Origin: Patescibacteria group bacterium
GTDB taxonomy: Bacteria; Patescibacteriota; Microgenomatia; UBA12405; JAHJSD01
Assembly (NCBI GenBank): GCA_018830585.1
Contig: JAHJSD010000024.1
Location: 1-40,440 of the forward strand
DNA: 40,440 nt
Direction: 5' to 3'
A program made the position numbers and the translations under genes. Under the pieces are notes generated by a model. That model did not search any database. It was not told the DNA's origin and worked only from the letters and a program-made list of their open reading frames with translations. Of this stretch, positions 8,178 to 16,768 are shown piece by piece (within the stretch, counting starts at the first letter, position 1; each line of letters opens with the position of its first letter).

Positions 8178-10418
8178 TCAATCCAATCTATCCAGGTGGT
8201 AAATCTTAGTTTCACCGGAAACAAAAACCACCTTTCCTAAAAGATCAAACCTTTCCGTTTTTAAGTCGGGGTATTTTTCCTTTTCTAAAGAACCGACAAA
8301 AACATATTCCACTCCGTAATCTTTAAGCAGTCGTTCTGCGGCCGCCTCGTCTTCGCCCTGATAAATCGTCTCCACCTCTGTTGCTCTGGCTCCGGGAAGA
8401 TCATAGCCTCCCCGCCAAAGCCACTCGTGAACCAACCAGCCCTCAATGGTCGGCAATCCGGAAAAGGCAGAAATCTGATTGTAAAGAGTGTAACTGTCCC
8501 CCACCGCTTCTAACATCACCGGCTGACCGGAAATATTCTTTTTAATCCAAAGAAGCGCTTTGTAGTTGTCCGGGTAAAGCCTTTCCATAAAACCTAAACC
8601 GGCCAACCCTTTATATTCTTTTAAACTGCCGTAATAACCTCTTATAGCAAAGTATGGATAAACCATATGGGCCAAAAACCCGATTAAAAATAGCAAAAAA
8701 TAGCCAAACCAAAGCAGAGGCGTTCTTTTTGAAATACTATTTTTTATCCTAAAGAAAACATAGCCCGCTGAAATTGAATAAATCATAAAAGATTGGTAGA
8801 CCAGCTTAAACATGGTGTTGGCCCGGTGATATTCGGCAATATAGATATCCTTAACGTAGATTATTTCCGGGATAATAATCAGAACCGTGGCCCAGAGAAC
8901 CGAGACTAAAATAAGCCAGTCCGCCGGCTCCAACTCGAGCCTGCTTTTAAACAGCCGAAAGAGGGCAAAAACAACGAACCCAAAAGCAATAAACCAGAAA
9001 AACCCCCAAAGAACCAGCAATTGCCAAAAAAGAGAATGTGCGTTAACCCGGGCAATTCCGTCCGTCATCGGATTAAAAGTCAACGCGAAGGGCAAAGCGA
9101 CCAAGACTGACAAGAATAAAACCGTTAACCCGTTGGCAAAAACTTTTGCTAAAATCACCAGCCATTGATTAAGGAGAGTGAATCCTCCACGGGCTGAAGC
9201 CCGTGGCTTCCCTTTCCCAGGGGATGAAACCCCGCGCCGAAAGCCCCAGATAGATTGCCATTCATCCCCACGTTGAAACGTGGGGCTTTCTGGTGCTGGG
9301 GTGAGGCTGCTTTTCTGCCCAAAAGATTTTCGGGCAATGATCATCAGGGTGGTTAAGCCAAAAATAACCCCGTAGATAGGAAAATCCCAGGAGTTGGTCA
9401 TATACATCACTCCCAACAAAAAAGCCAAAGCGGCTAACTCTTTTTTCAAAACCCAGAGATCCTTTTTACCTTTTTCCATCTGCCAAAGTTTTTTGGCATA
9501 AACCAATAAAATCGCCAGGAAAAGCAGAACTGTCGGGATATTGTTCATATGACCGTGAAGGTCGGCCACCACAAAAGAGTAAATAGGGAACTCGTGAATA
9601 GTCTTGTCATTGGGGTTGTTGGGATTATGCCCGATAAACCTGGTCGCGTCCGGATACCAGTAACTGCCTTTACTGTTTTTCAAACCGTAAACAGCGCTAT
9701 GCAGGTTGCCCCCCAGGGCAATCAGAAAAGCGGAAATAAGTCCGGCCAAAATCAGATTTTTCAGTTTCGGCCTCAGTTCGGCAGAAGAAAAAACTAAATT
9801 GGAAGTCAAAGAAAAGGTAGCGCTAAAAGTAAAAGCAAAAACGGTAGCGATCATCAAATTATAAGTGACGGAAGAATCGAGTCCGGAAAGCAGGGTTAAA
9901 ACCGCCGCCTGAAGATGGCCAAAATAATAATAATTGATCGACTCGCCGGCAAACCACATATCACGAGGCGGGAACCAGCCCGAGCGCAAAATCGAGTTGA
10001 CAAACCCGCCGTCCATAAATTTTTCCAAGCCTTCAATGTCCGGCTGGAAACCGCGGATAAAAGACCAAAAAAGCAGAGCGCTGAAGAAAATCACTTCCTC
10101 CAAAAGAAAAACTTTCCAGTTGTTTTTAAATTCTTCAAAAAAGTTTTTCCTGTTCTCTTTAACGGAAAACCAGCGGACAAAAAGGGCAATAAAAACAAGT
10201 AAAACCAAAACCGCCGTTTCCTTAAAAAAGGGTAAAATATGAAGAGTCCCCAGAAGAAAAATTAAATAGGAAAAGATTAATATCGCAATTGTTTTGGCAA
10301 AAATCCATCCCCGATCCCAAAAACTCTTGAAGAGAGAAAAAGCCAAAGGCAGAAAAAGCAGGCCTAAAAATAAAAGAAGCAGCCACCAGTAAAAAATAAT
10401 AAAAAAATCTGCAAGCAT
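8178..10418 (-). CDS. YYY-motif (DUF2298 / Chlor_Arch_YYY-type) polytopic membrane protein with a 41-codon in-frame insertion
   Basis: EKFMD, INYYYFG, IHEFP.YSF...DLHGH, NSWDFP, RANTMFK, GW..HE.LWR. Confidence 0.88.
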   Translation of the reverse strand: MLADFFIIFYWWLLLLFLGLLFLPLAFSLFKSFWDRGWIFAKTIAILIFSYLIFLLGTLHILPFFKETAVLVLLVFIALFVRWFSVKENRKNFFEEFKNNWKVFLLEEVIFFSALLFWSFIRGFQPDIEGLEKFMDGGFVNSILRSGWFPPRDMWFAGESINYYYFGHLQAAVLTLLSGLDSSVTYNLMIATVFAFTFSATFSLTSNLVFSSAELRPKLKNLILAGLISAFLIALGGNLHSAVYGLKNSKGSYWYPDATRFIGHNPNNPNDKTIHEFPIYSFVVADLHGHMNNIPTVLLFLAILLVYAKKLWQMEKGKKDLWVLKKELAALAFLLGVMYMTNSWDFPIYGVIFGLTTLMIIARKSFGQKSSLTPAPESPTFQRGDEWQSIWGFRRGVSSPGKGKPRASARGGFTLLNQWLVILAKVFANGLTVLFLSVLVALPFALTFNPMTDGIARVNAHSLFWQLLVLWGFFWFIAFGFVVFALFRLFKSRLELEPADWLILVSVLWATVLIIIPEIIYVKDIYIAEYHRANTMFKLVYQSFMIYSISAGYVFFRIKNSISKRTPLLWFGYFLLFLIGFLAHMVYPYFAIRGYYGSLKEYKGLAGLGFMERLYPDNYKALLWIKKNISGQPVMLEAVGDSYTLYNQISAFSGLPTIEGWLVHEWLWRGGYDLPGARATEVETIYQGEDEAAAERLLKDYGVEYVFVGSLEKEKYPDLKTERFDLLGKVVFVSGETKIYHLDRLD
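9178..9304 (-). mobile_element. 123-bp IS200/IS605-like miniature element (family B), in-frame
   Basis: GTGA (TCAC on the minus strand) at 9178 and 9301; subterminal hairpins CCACGGGCTGAAGCCCGTGG and CCCCACGTTGAAACGTGGGG. Confidence 0.8.
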
Positions 10419-10497
10419 AAGAGAATGTTCCTTAAAATCTTTTCTATATTATAATGGAAAAAGCGTTCCTTGTCTTGAAGAGATAGCCGAGTTTAAA

Positions 10498-10543
10498 TAT
10501 GGAGCCCTGCGGGTAAACCTATGGTTTTCTTGGTTCATGTATA
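10498..10543. mobile_element. Collapsed 42-bp copy of family A
   Basis: TATG-GAGCCCTGCGGGTAAACCTATGGTTTTCTTGGTTCATG-TATA carries both ends of the 13497-13617 element. Confidence 0.7.
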
Positions 10544-10571
10544 AAATAAAAATAGCGGTTTCAATAATGAA

Positions 10572-11093
10572 ATGAAAAAGGATCAGATTAAGATCGGTAT
10601 TGATCTCGACGGAGTAATTGTTGATAAACCGTTTTTCGTCCCGAAAAAATTAATCGAATGGCTATTTAGAGCTCATCACAACCACGGCAAAAAATATCGT
10701 ATTCCAAAATGGTCTTTAGAAATCTTAATCCGAAAAAAAAGCCATCACTGGCTGCTTAGGCCTCCTATCAAGAAAAATCTTGAAGTTTTAAAAAAAATTA
10801 TCAGGCAAGATCTGGCCACTGTTTATATTATTTCCGGAAGGTACCGGTTTCTGAATAACGAAACAAAAGCCTGGTTTAAAAAAAATAAATTAGAGGATCT
10901 CTTCAAAAACGCTTACATCAACAAAAAAAATCTTCAGCCTCATCTTTTCAAAGAAAAAATGGTTAAGAAATTGGGTATCAGTCATTTTTTTGACGATGAC
11001 CCGATTGTTGTCCACCATCTTAAAGCTAAAATAAAGAGGCTCAACTGCTATTTGGTAAATAAGAAGAAAGCCATAAAAATACCCAGGCTTTAA
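10572..11093 (+). CDS. HAD-superfamily hydrolase (5'(3')-nucleotidase-like)
   Basis: IGIDLDGV motif I, ISGR motif II, K...FFDDD motifs III/IV. Confidence 0.75.
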   Translation: MKKDQIKIGIDLDGVIVDKPFFVPKKLIEWLFRAHHNHGKKYRIPKWSLEILIRKKSHHWLLRPPIKKNLEVLKKIIRQDLATVYIISGRYRFLNNETKAWFKKNKLEDLFKNAYINKKNLQPHLFKEKMVKKLGISHFFDDDPIVVHHLKAKIKRLNCYLVNKKKAIKIPRL

Positions 11094-11101
11094 GCTGCAA
11101 A

Positions 11102-12919
11102 CTAGTGAGGCGCCGTCTTTTTAAAAATAACTACTCTTGGGTGATCATAGACTGTAAAAGATTCATCCGAGCCTTGGTCATTAATCTTAATCTCTATCCC
11201 GGCAAAATTTAACCGAGGATAAGAAGTGAATTCGGCTGCTTTTTCAAAACCTAATCTGCCGCTGAAAAGGTCGCGGTAATAATCGGCTGTTTTGGGAAAA
11301 CATCTTAAAAACAGGCGGCAATCGGACAATTTCTGCAAAGGCGTGTAAAGCCTGTTGCTGGAAAGAATAATATAATCCGCCCGGCTCAAATTTTCGTCCA
11401 CCCGCTGCCACTTTTCCCCCAAAGTATCCGGGTCGTACATCGGCATGGAGACAAACTCAAACTTTTCCCCGCCAAATAAAGGCAAAGAGTCGTCCCAATG
11501 CTCCACCGCCAGAACCGATCCCGGACTGATTTGTTGATTAATCCAGTAACTGGCCTCGACCCTTGAGTGAGGCCGGGAATAAATCGAAACGAAAGCGCCA
11601 ACCCAAAAAAGTTGAAGGATTAATACTAAAGAAAGTATCAAATTCCTGGCTAAAAAGAATTTTTGCCTTTTAAACGAGAAAAGGAATTTGGCGGCAATCA
11701 AAATTAAAAACGGGTAAAGCGGCAGTAAATAGCGCATAAACTTAACCGCAAAACCGCCGACGACTAAAAAATAAGCCAAGCTAAAAGAAAGAATGATTAG
11801 TTCACCCGATTCCCGGTCGTAATCCCCCTTGATCAAAACCCGTTTGATCAGATCAAAAAGATACCAAACAAAAGCGACCAGAGCTAAAGTTCCCAAGCCT
11901 ATTCCCATGCCCCAGAAAACTAAGTTTTTAATCGGGTAAATAAACGGCATCGTTCCAACATATTGCAAAGTATAAGGAAAAACATTGGCGTCTTTGGTCA
12001 TCCGGTGCTGTTCGATTATCTGTCTTTTGAAAGTGGAAAAGTCGATTAAGGCGTACGGTTCTGAGATTAAAAAAGTCAAAACAGCAACTAAACCGATCAG
12101 TCCGCCAAACCAGAAAAGTCTTTTGCCAAGGTTCAAAAGCGATTTTTTCCGACTACCCTTTTTAAGGGTCAAAAACAATTTTTGCCACCAAAAATAATTC
12201 CGGTTGCGCCAAAATTTAAACCCGATTAAAACTAAATCAACGATCAACCCGGTGCCTATGGCGGCGGCCAAAACAGTGGCGCTTACTTTAGTGGCCAAAG
12301 CCAAGCCAAAACAGAAGCCGACTTTGATGGCAGAACCGAATTTCGGATCAAGATAAAAATTTAAAAGCTGCCAAAGAGTTAACCAGATAAAGAAATTAAG
12401 CATAACGTCAACCGCATAAAAATGGGAAGCCTGGATCGGAAAAACACAAATGGCATAGAAAAGCGAGGCTAAAAGCGCCGCTTTATTGCCGAAAAGACGC
12501 TTGCCTATTTTAAATATCAGCCAGATTGTTCCTAAGTCAAAAAGGGCGGAAATAATCCGGCCCAAGATCGGTAAATTGCCATAGGAAAACGGCTCCCCTT
12601 TCAAGAAAAGCGCAACAAGCCAAGAGCAAAACTTTAAAAAATAAAGAGGCAAACTGCCGTAAGCGAAAAATTTGGGGTTAAACGGACTTTGCGGGGAAAA
12701 AAGCGCTTTCAGTGAAAAAGGGTTAGGCAGGCTCAGCCTTTCAGCGACCATAACAATCATCCTTTCATCCGGATGAAGATGGTAACCACTGTCCCAATTA
12801 AGCCCGTAAATGCGCAAAGCCAAACCAAGCAGAAGAATAAAAAACAGTAAAACAGAAATTAAAGAAAACTTAGAATTCTTCTTTCTTAGTTTGATAAAGT
12901 TAGCAAGTTGTATTTTCAC
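11102..12919 (-). CDS. GT-C fold glycosyltransferase (GT39/PMT-like)
   Basis: HPDE after the first TM, FFAYGSLP, GLALATK, KFMRY, C-terminal FTVYDHP; many TMs. Confidence 0.85.
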   Translation of the reverse strand: MKIQLANFIKLRKKNSKFSLISVLLFFILLLGLALRIYGLNWDSGYHLHPDERMIVMVAERLSLPNPFSLKALFSPQSPFNPKFFAYGSLPLYFLKFCSWLVALFLKGEPFSYGNLPILGRIISALFDLGTIWLIFKIGKRLFGNKAALLASLFYAICVFPIQASHFYAVDVMLNFFIWLTLWQLLNFYLDPKFGSAIKVGFCFGLALATKVSATVLAAAIGTGLIVDLVLIGFKFWRNRNYFWWQKLFLTLKKGSRKKSLLNLGKRLFWFGGLIGLVAVLTFLISEPYALIDFSTFKRQIIEQHRMTKDANVFPYTLQYVGTMPFIYPIKNLVFWGMGIGLGTLALVAFVWYLFDLIKRVLIKGDYDRESGELIILSFSLAYFLVVGGFAVKFMRYLLPLYPFLILIAAKFLFSFKRQKFFLARNLILSLVLILQLFWVGAFVSIYSRPHSRVEASYWINQQISPGSVLAVEHWDDSLPLFGGEKFEFVSMPMYDPDTLGEKWQRVDENLSRADYIILSSNRLYTPLQKLSDCRLFLRCFPKTADYYRDLFSGRLGFEKAAEFTSYPRLNFAGIEIKINDQGSDESFTVYDHPRVVIFKKTAPH

Positions 12920-12942
12920 TGTTTAGATTTTAGAATATTGTC
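12920..12942. promoter_or_regulatory. Overlapping divergent -10 elements in a 23-bp gap
   Basis: TAGAAT (+, 12931-12936) 6 nt before ATG 12943; TAAAAT (-, 12932-12927) 7 nt before GTG 12919. Confidence 0.55.
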
Positions 12943-13692
12943 ATGTCTAATCAAGAAGAACTTATCCGACTGGCCTCGGAAATCAAAAACTGTCAAAAAT
13001 GCCCTCTTTATAAAGCCGCCACCAATCCGGTTCCGGGAGCGCCAAATCCGAACGCGGAAATAGTTTTTGTCGGAGAGGCTCCGGGGTACTGGGAAGACCA
13101 AAAAGGAATTCCCTTCGTCGGCGCCGCCGGAAATTTGCTTGACAAACTTTTAGCTAAAATATCGGTAAAAAGAGATGATGTTTTTGTCTGCAACATTCTT
13201 AAACACCGGCCGCCCAACAACCGGGCTCCAATGCCCGACGAAATCACCGCCTGTACCCCGTTTTTAAAAAGGCAGTTGTTGACCATTAAGCCAAAAGTGG
13301 TAATCACCTTGGGCCGGTTTGCCATGAACTACTTTATTCCCGAGGCCTATATCTCCCAAACCCACGGACACCCGATGAGCGTAAACTGGGAGGGTTTAGA
13401 CCTTTTAATCATCCCCATGTACCATCCTGCCGCCGCTTTAAGGAACGGCCAGGTAATGAAACAGTTAGAGGAAGATTTCTTAAAAGTCCCGGAGATTATA
13501 GAGCCCCGCGGGTTAAACCTCCGGTACCAATCCAAACGCTCAGTTGGGGCGAAAATACTGAACCAGAAAACCAATTCATCCACGGAGAAAGCCCATGGTT
13601 TTCTTGGTTCACGTATCAAAACCAACGGCCAGTTGGTTGTCAAGCCAGCTCCCCCGCCCGAACCGGAAATCGAACAGGGAAAGTTGTTTTAG
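12943..13692 (+). CDS. udg: Uracil-DNA glycosylase family 4 with an in-frame element in the C-terminal tail
   Basis: CxxC.L, GEAPG, PFVGAAG, RPPNNR.P, YHPAA. Confidence 0.93.
   Translation: MSNQEELIRLASEIKNCQKCPLYKAATNPVPGAPNPNAEIVFVGEAPGYWEDQKGIPFVGAAGNLLDKLLAKISVKRDDVFVCNILKHRPPNNRAPMPDEITACTPFLKRQLLTIKPKVVITLGRFAMNYFIPEAYISQTHGHPMSVNWEGLDLLIIPMYHPAAALRNGQVMKQLEEDFLKVPEIIEPRGLNLRYQSKRSVGAKILNQKTNSSTEKAHGFLGSRIKTNGQLVVKPAPPPEPEIEQGKLF
13497..13617 (-). mobile_element. 117-bp IS200/IS605-like miniature element (family A), in-frame
   Basis: TATA at 13497 and TATC at 13614; ends match the intergenic copies; two subterminal imperfect hairpins. Confidence 0.78.
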
Positions 13693-13744
13693 TTCTTAGA
13701 TTTGGACAAACCTGGAATCTTTTTTAACAAGGCGCAAGAAAAAA

Positions 13745-14323
13745 ATGAAAAACGCGTTAATTCTTCACGGAACGGGCAATAATTCCAAAGGAAACTGGTT
13801 TCCTTGGTTAAAACAAGAACTAAAAGGCTGTGGCTGGAAAGTTTGGGTCCCTGATTTGCCTCAATCGGATAAACCGAACACCAAAAGGTATAACCAGCAT
13901 ATCCTTGCCAACAGGGAATGGGAATTCAATAAAGACTCTGTTTTAATCGGCCACTCTTCCGGCGCTGTTGCTATCCTGGGATTGCTATCGCATTTACCGG
14001 CGAATGTTGTTGTCGATACCTGTATTCTGGTGGGCTCTTTCAAGGATAATCTTGGTTGTAAAGATTTCAGCGGTTTATTTCAAGAGCCTTTCGACTTTAA
14101 GAAAATCAAGAAACATGCAAAGCGCTTTGTTTTTATTCACTCAGATAATGACCCTCATTGCCCTCTTGAACACGCTAAGTATCTCCGTGAGCAATTAGAC
14201 GGAGAGCTAATTATCAAGAAAGGACAGGGGCATTTTAATTTAGAGAAGGGAAAGGAATACCGACAATTTCCATTTTTATTAAATGTTTTAGAATGGAAAA
14301 AAAACAATTGGCTTTGCTCCTGA
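13745..14323 (+). CDS. RBBP9/YdeN-family alpha/beta hydrolase
   Basis: ILHG...NWFPWL, GHSSG nucleophile, SDNDP, GHF. Confidence 0.92.
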   Translation: MKNALILHGTGNNSKGNWFPWLKQELKGCGWKVWVPDLPQSDKPNTKRYNQHILANREWEFNKDSVLIGHSSGAVAILGLLSHLPANVVVDTCILVGSFKDNLGCKDFSGLFQEPFDFKKIKKHAKRFVFIHSDNDPHCPLEHAKYLREQLDGELIIKKGQGHFNLEKGKEYRQFPFLLNVLEWKKNNWLCS

Positions 14324-14470
14324 TGTAATTTCCTTAGTAAAAAACGGAGCAAAGAGTGGAGCTGCTTAAAAGTTTAAAATTTATGATTTTGGATTTGTTT
14401 AGGAATTAACCCGTCTAATCGTTTTGAATTTTTCCCGACCTCGTCGAGGACAGATAACTTTGAACTATTT

Positions 14471-14950
14471 CGTCATTCTGAGCATAGCGAAGAATCCCCT
14501 AATCCTCTAGCAAATAGCTTTTCTAAAGGGGACCTGCCTGCCCTCCTACCGGCGGGTAAACCGGCAGGCAGGCCTGTCCGCCGAGGTGAATCCTTCGTCA
14601 TCAGAATTCCCCCGTACCAGACGGTACAGGGCTCCGCTCAGGATGACAGGTAAGGAGCAGTGTTGGGTTTAATTCGATCCTGGATCGAAAATCTTAAAAA
14701 TGATCCAGTATCGTGACCACCGTCACCTGAACCGCTCATTTCAACGATCGTGTCAATGAGAGGTCTGTTTTAAAATTTAGAAATTGGAATTTATCCCAAG
14801 AAAGCAAAAGCCCGGACGTTGCGCGGGAACCCTATCATGTCCTCAGCACTGACCTGCTCGCCTCGCTGAGCGGTCGAGGCGGGCTGGCAGGCAGGTTTTA
14901 GCGAAGGAGGATCCCGAAGGGATCCCTTCGGGATTAGGCCTCGGAAGCTT
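14471..14950. repeat. Cluster of nested palindromic micro-repeats (C inverted, E, H, GATC palindrome, F)
   Basis: C unit 14471-14647 encloses CCTGCCTGCC..GGCAGGCAGG (14533-14572); further E at 14853-14895; GGATCCCGAAGGGATCC near 14909-14925. Confidence 0.8.
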
Positions 14951-14975
14951 ATTTTTTTTCACCATCACCAAACGA

Positions 14976-16640
14976 TCAATACTTTTCTCTTTGTCTGACA
15001 AAAAGCCGGATCGTCGGGTGGTCAAAAACAGTCCAAGTCTCCTCGGCCAGCAAATCCGAACCCAAAAGAATTTGTCCAAAAGAACCAAGCGGCTCAAAAG
15101 AAATTAAAGGCGAAAAACCCAATTCCCCGGAGAAAAGTTTTTGATGAAAAGCGGCCGTCTCGGGAAAATCATCGGCCAACCTGGCATAATTGGTAAAAAT
15201 CCGGCGCGAGGGAACCAAAACATAATCCGCCCGGTTAACCAAATCCTCTAATTCGACCACTTTTGCCCCATTCCCCTCAAGGCTGTAAAAGTCAAAATTG
15301 ACTATCTCAAAGCGATTTCCTTCCGGGCGAATAGAATCTTTAGACCAAACAGGCAGATCGACCACGTTGCCTGTCTCGGAAAGAACCAAAGAACCCTCAG
15401 GGATGTTTTTAAACATCCACTCGGTGGCAGAAATGCGGATATCGGTTTTAAGGTAGATGGTCAGCAAAAACAACCCCGGCAAAGACAGTGTCGCCAAGAC
15501 AACCGGTAAAAAAATCTTAAAATGACTTTTCTCCAAAAGCCGCCACAAAGCGCTGATCAGCCAGGCCGGCAGTAAAACTAAAAAGGGCAAAACCGGGGTC
15601 ATAAAACGGGTCCACTTGGTAAATAAAAAAAGATTAAGCAAAAGCCAGGGCAGAAAACTGAGAAGTAAAACATAAATTTCCGGTCTTGAGAAAAGTCTTT
15701 TTTTAAAAAATCCGAGGGCAAAAAAACCAAGAGCGAAAACCAAAAGCAAAAAGAGCGGTGTCCCTAAAACCCAAGGAAATACCTTAGAGGCCTGAAAGAT
15801 AAAAGGCTTGGTATTGATAAACTGGCGAGTGTAAAAAACAGGCGAACTGCCCCAGGCCACTCTTGATTCATAGCTAAGAGTGCTCAGAGATTTTTCAAAA
15901 TTTAAGGCTAATTGAGGCGAGAAAATTATTGTCAGAAAAAGAGTAAGAATTCCGTAGACAAAAAGGCCGATAATTTTTTTAAGAAAGCCAAAACCTTTCT
16001 TCCTGGAGAGCAGGACCGCCAAAACCGGAGGAAACAGAAAAGCGGCGGCGCTGATCTTGGCGGATAAGCCGACGGCGGAAACTAAAGCGGTCAAAAAAAG
16101 GATTTTGAAACTTGGCTTCCGCAAAAGAAGCAAAGAAAAATAAGCGGTTGACAGGGCGGTAAAGACTAAAAGCGATTCGGTAGTGCCAAAGTGGGCTGCC
16201 TGAATCAGGCCGGGAGTAAAGGTCAAAAGAAAAGAGTAAATCCGCGCTCCTTTTTTATCTTTAAAAAGCTCTTTAGCCAGCCACCAGCCAAAAATAACCG
16301 AAAGGACCGAAAAAAGCGCCGAAAAAAATCGCAAACTGTAGACCGCCAGAGGGAAAGACACTTTTTGCCAATTTGCCGGTCCAAAAATTCTGCCAAACAG
16401 GTTGACGCTAACATAAACTAAATAGAGAGGAAATTGCCCGTAAGCAAAAAATTCAGGGTTCAAATCGGGCCAGGAAAGACGCCCCACTCCCCAGGCCATA
16501 TTGTTTTCGTCAGGATGGAAAAAATTGCCTTGGCCCCAATTCAACCCCAAAAATCTGGTTGCCAAAAGAGCAAAAAAGAGGAAAAGGTTGAATCTCCGAA
16601 GGTTAATAACCCTCGGATTCTTCTCAATTTTAACAAACAT
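14976..16640 (-). CDS. GT-C fold glycosyltransferase, paralog of 11102-12919
   Basis: FHPDE, FFAYGQFP, YTRQF, KWTRF, WTVFDHP. Confidence 0.85.
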   Translation of the reverse strand: MFVKIEKNPRVINLRRFNLFLFFALLATRFLGLNWGQGNFFHPDENNMAWGVGRLSWPDLNPEFFAYGQFPLYLVYVSVNLFGRIFGPANWQKVSFPLAVYSLRFFSALFSVLSVIFGWWLAKELFKDKKGARIYSFLLTFTPGLIQAAHFGTTESLLVFTALSTAYFSLLLLRKPSFKILFLTALVSAVGLSAKISAAAFLFPPVLAVLLSRKKGFGFLKKIIGLFVYGILTLFLTIIFSPQLALNFEKSLSTLSYESRVAWGSSPVFYTRQFINTKPFIFQASKVFPWVLGTPLFLLLVFALGFFALGFFKKRLFSRPEIYVLLLSFLPWLLLNLFLFTKWTRFMTPVLPFLVLLPAWLISALWRLLEKSHFKIFLPVVLATLSLPGLFLLTIYLKTDIRISATEWMFKNIPEGSLVLSETGNVVDLPVWSKDSIRPEGNRFEIVNFDFYSLEGNGAKVVELEDLVNRADYVLVPSRRIFTNYARLADDFPETAAFHQKLFSGELGFSPLISFEPLGSFGQILLGSDLLAEETWTVFDHPTIRLFVRQREKY

Positions 16641-16651
16641 ATGTTTTGGTT

Positions 16652-16768
16652 AAAAGCTGAAATCCCTGCCTGCCGGCAGGCAGGCGCCGACTTGCCCACC
16701 GAAGCCTTGGCAAAGGTGGGAGCTTTCGCGAAGGCGGGCGTGTCCACCATAGCTTTAGCGAAGGCGGA
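16652..16768. repeat. Composite palindromic repeat, homologous to 25427-25626
   Basis: AAAAGCTGAAATC-CCTG..CAGGCAGG-CGCCRACTTG..CCGAAGC..GCGAAGGCGGAT in both; perfect 20-bp palindrome at 16665-16684. Confidence 0.8.

Noticed and set aside
14590..14610. CTGATGA on the minus strand
   Set aside because: It is part of a family C arm (ATTCTKATGACGAAGG), with no stem II or GAAA
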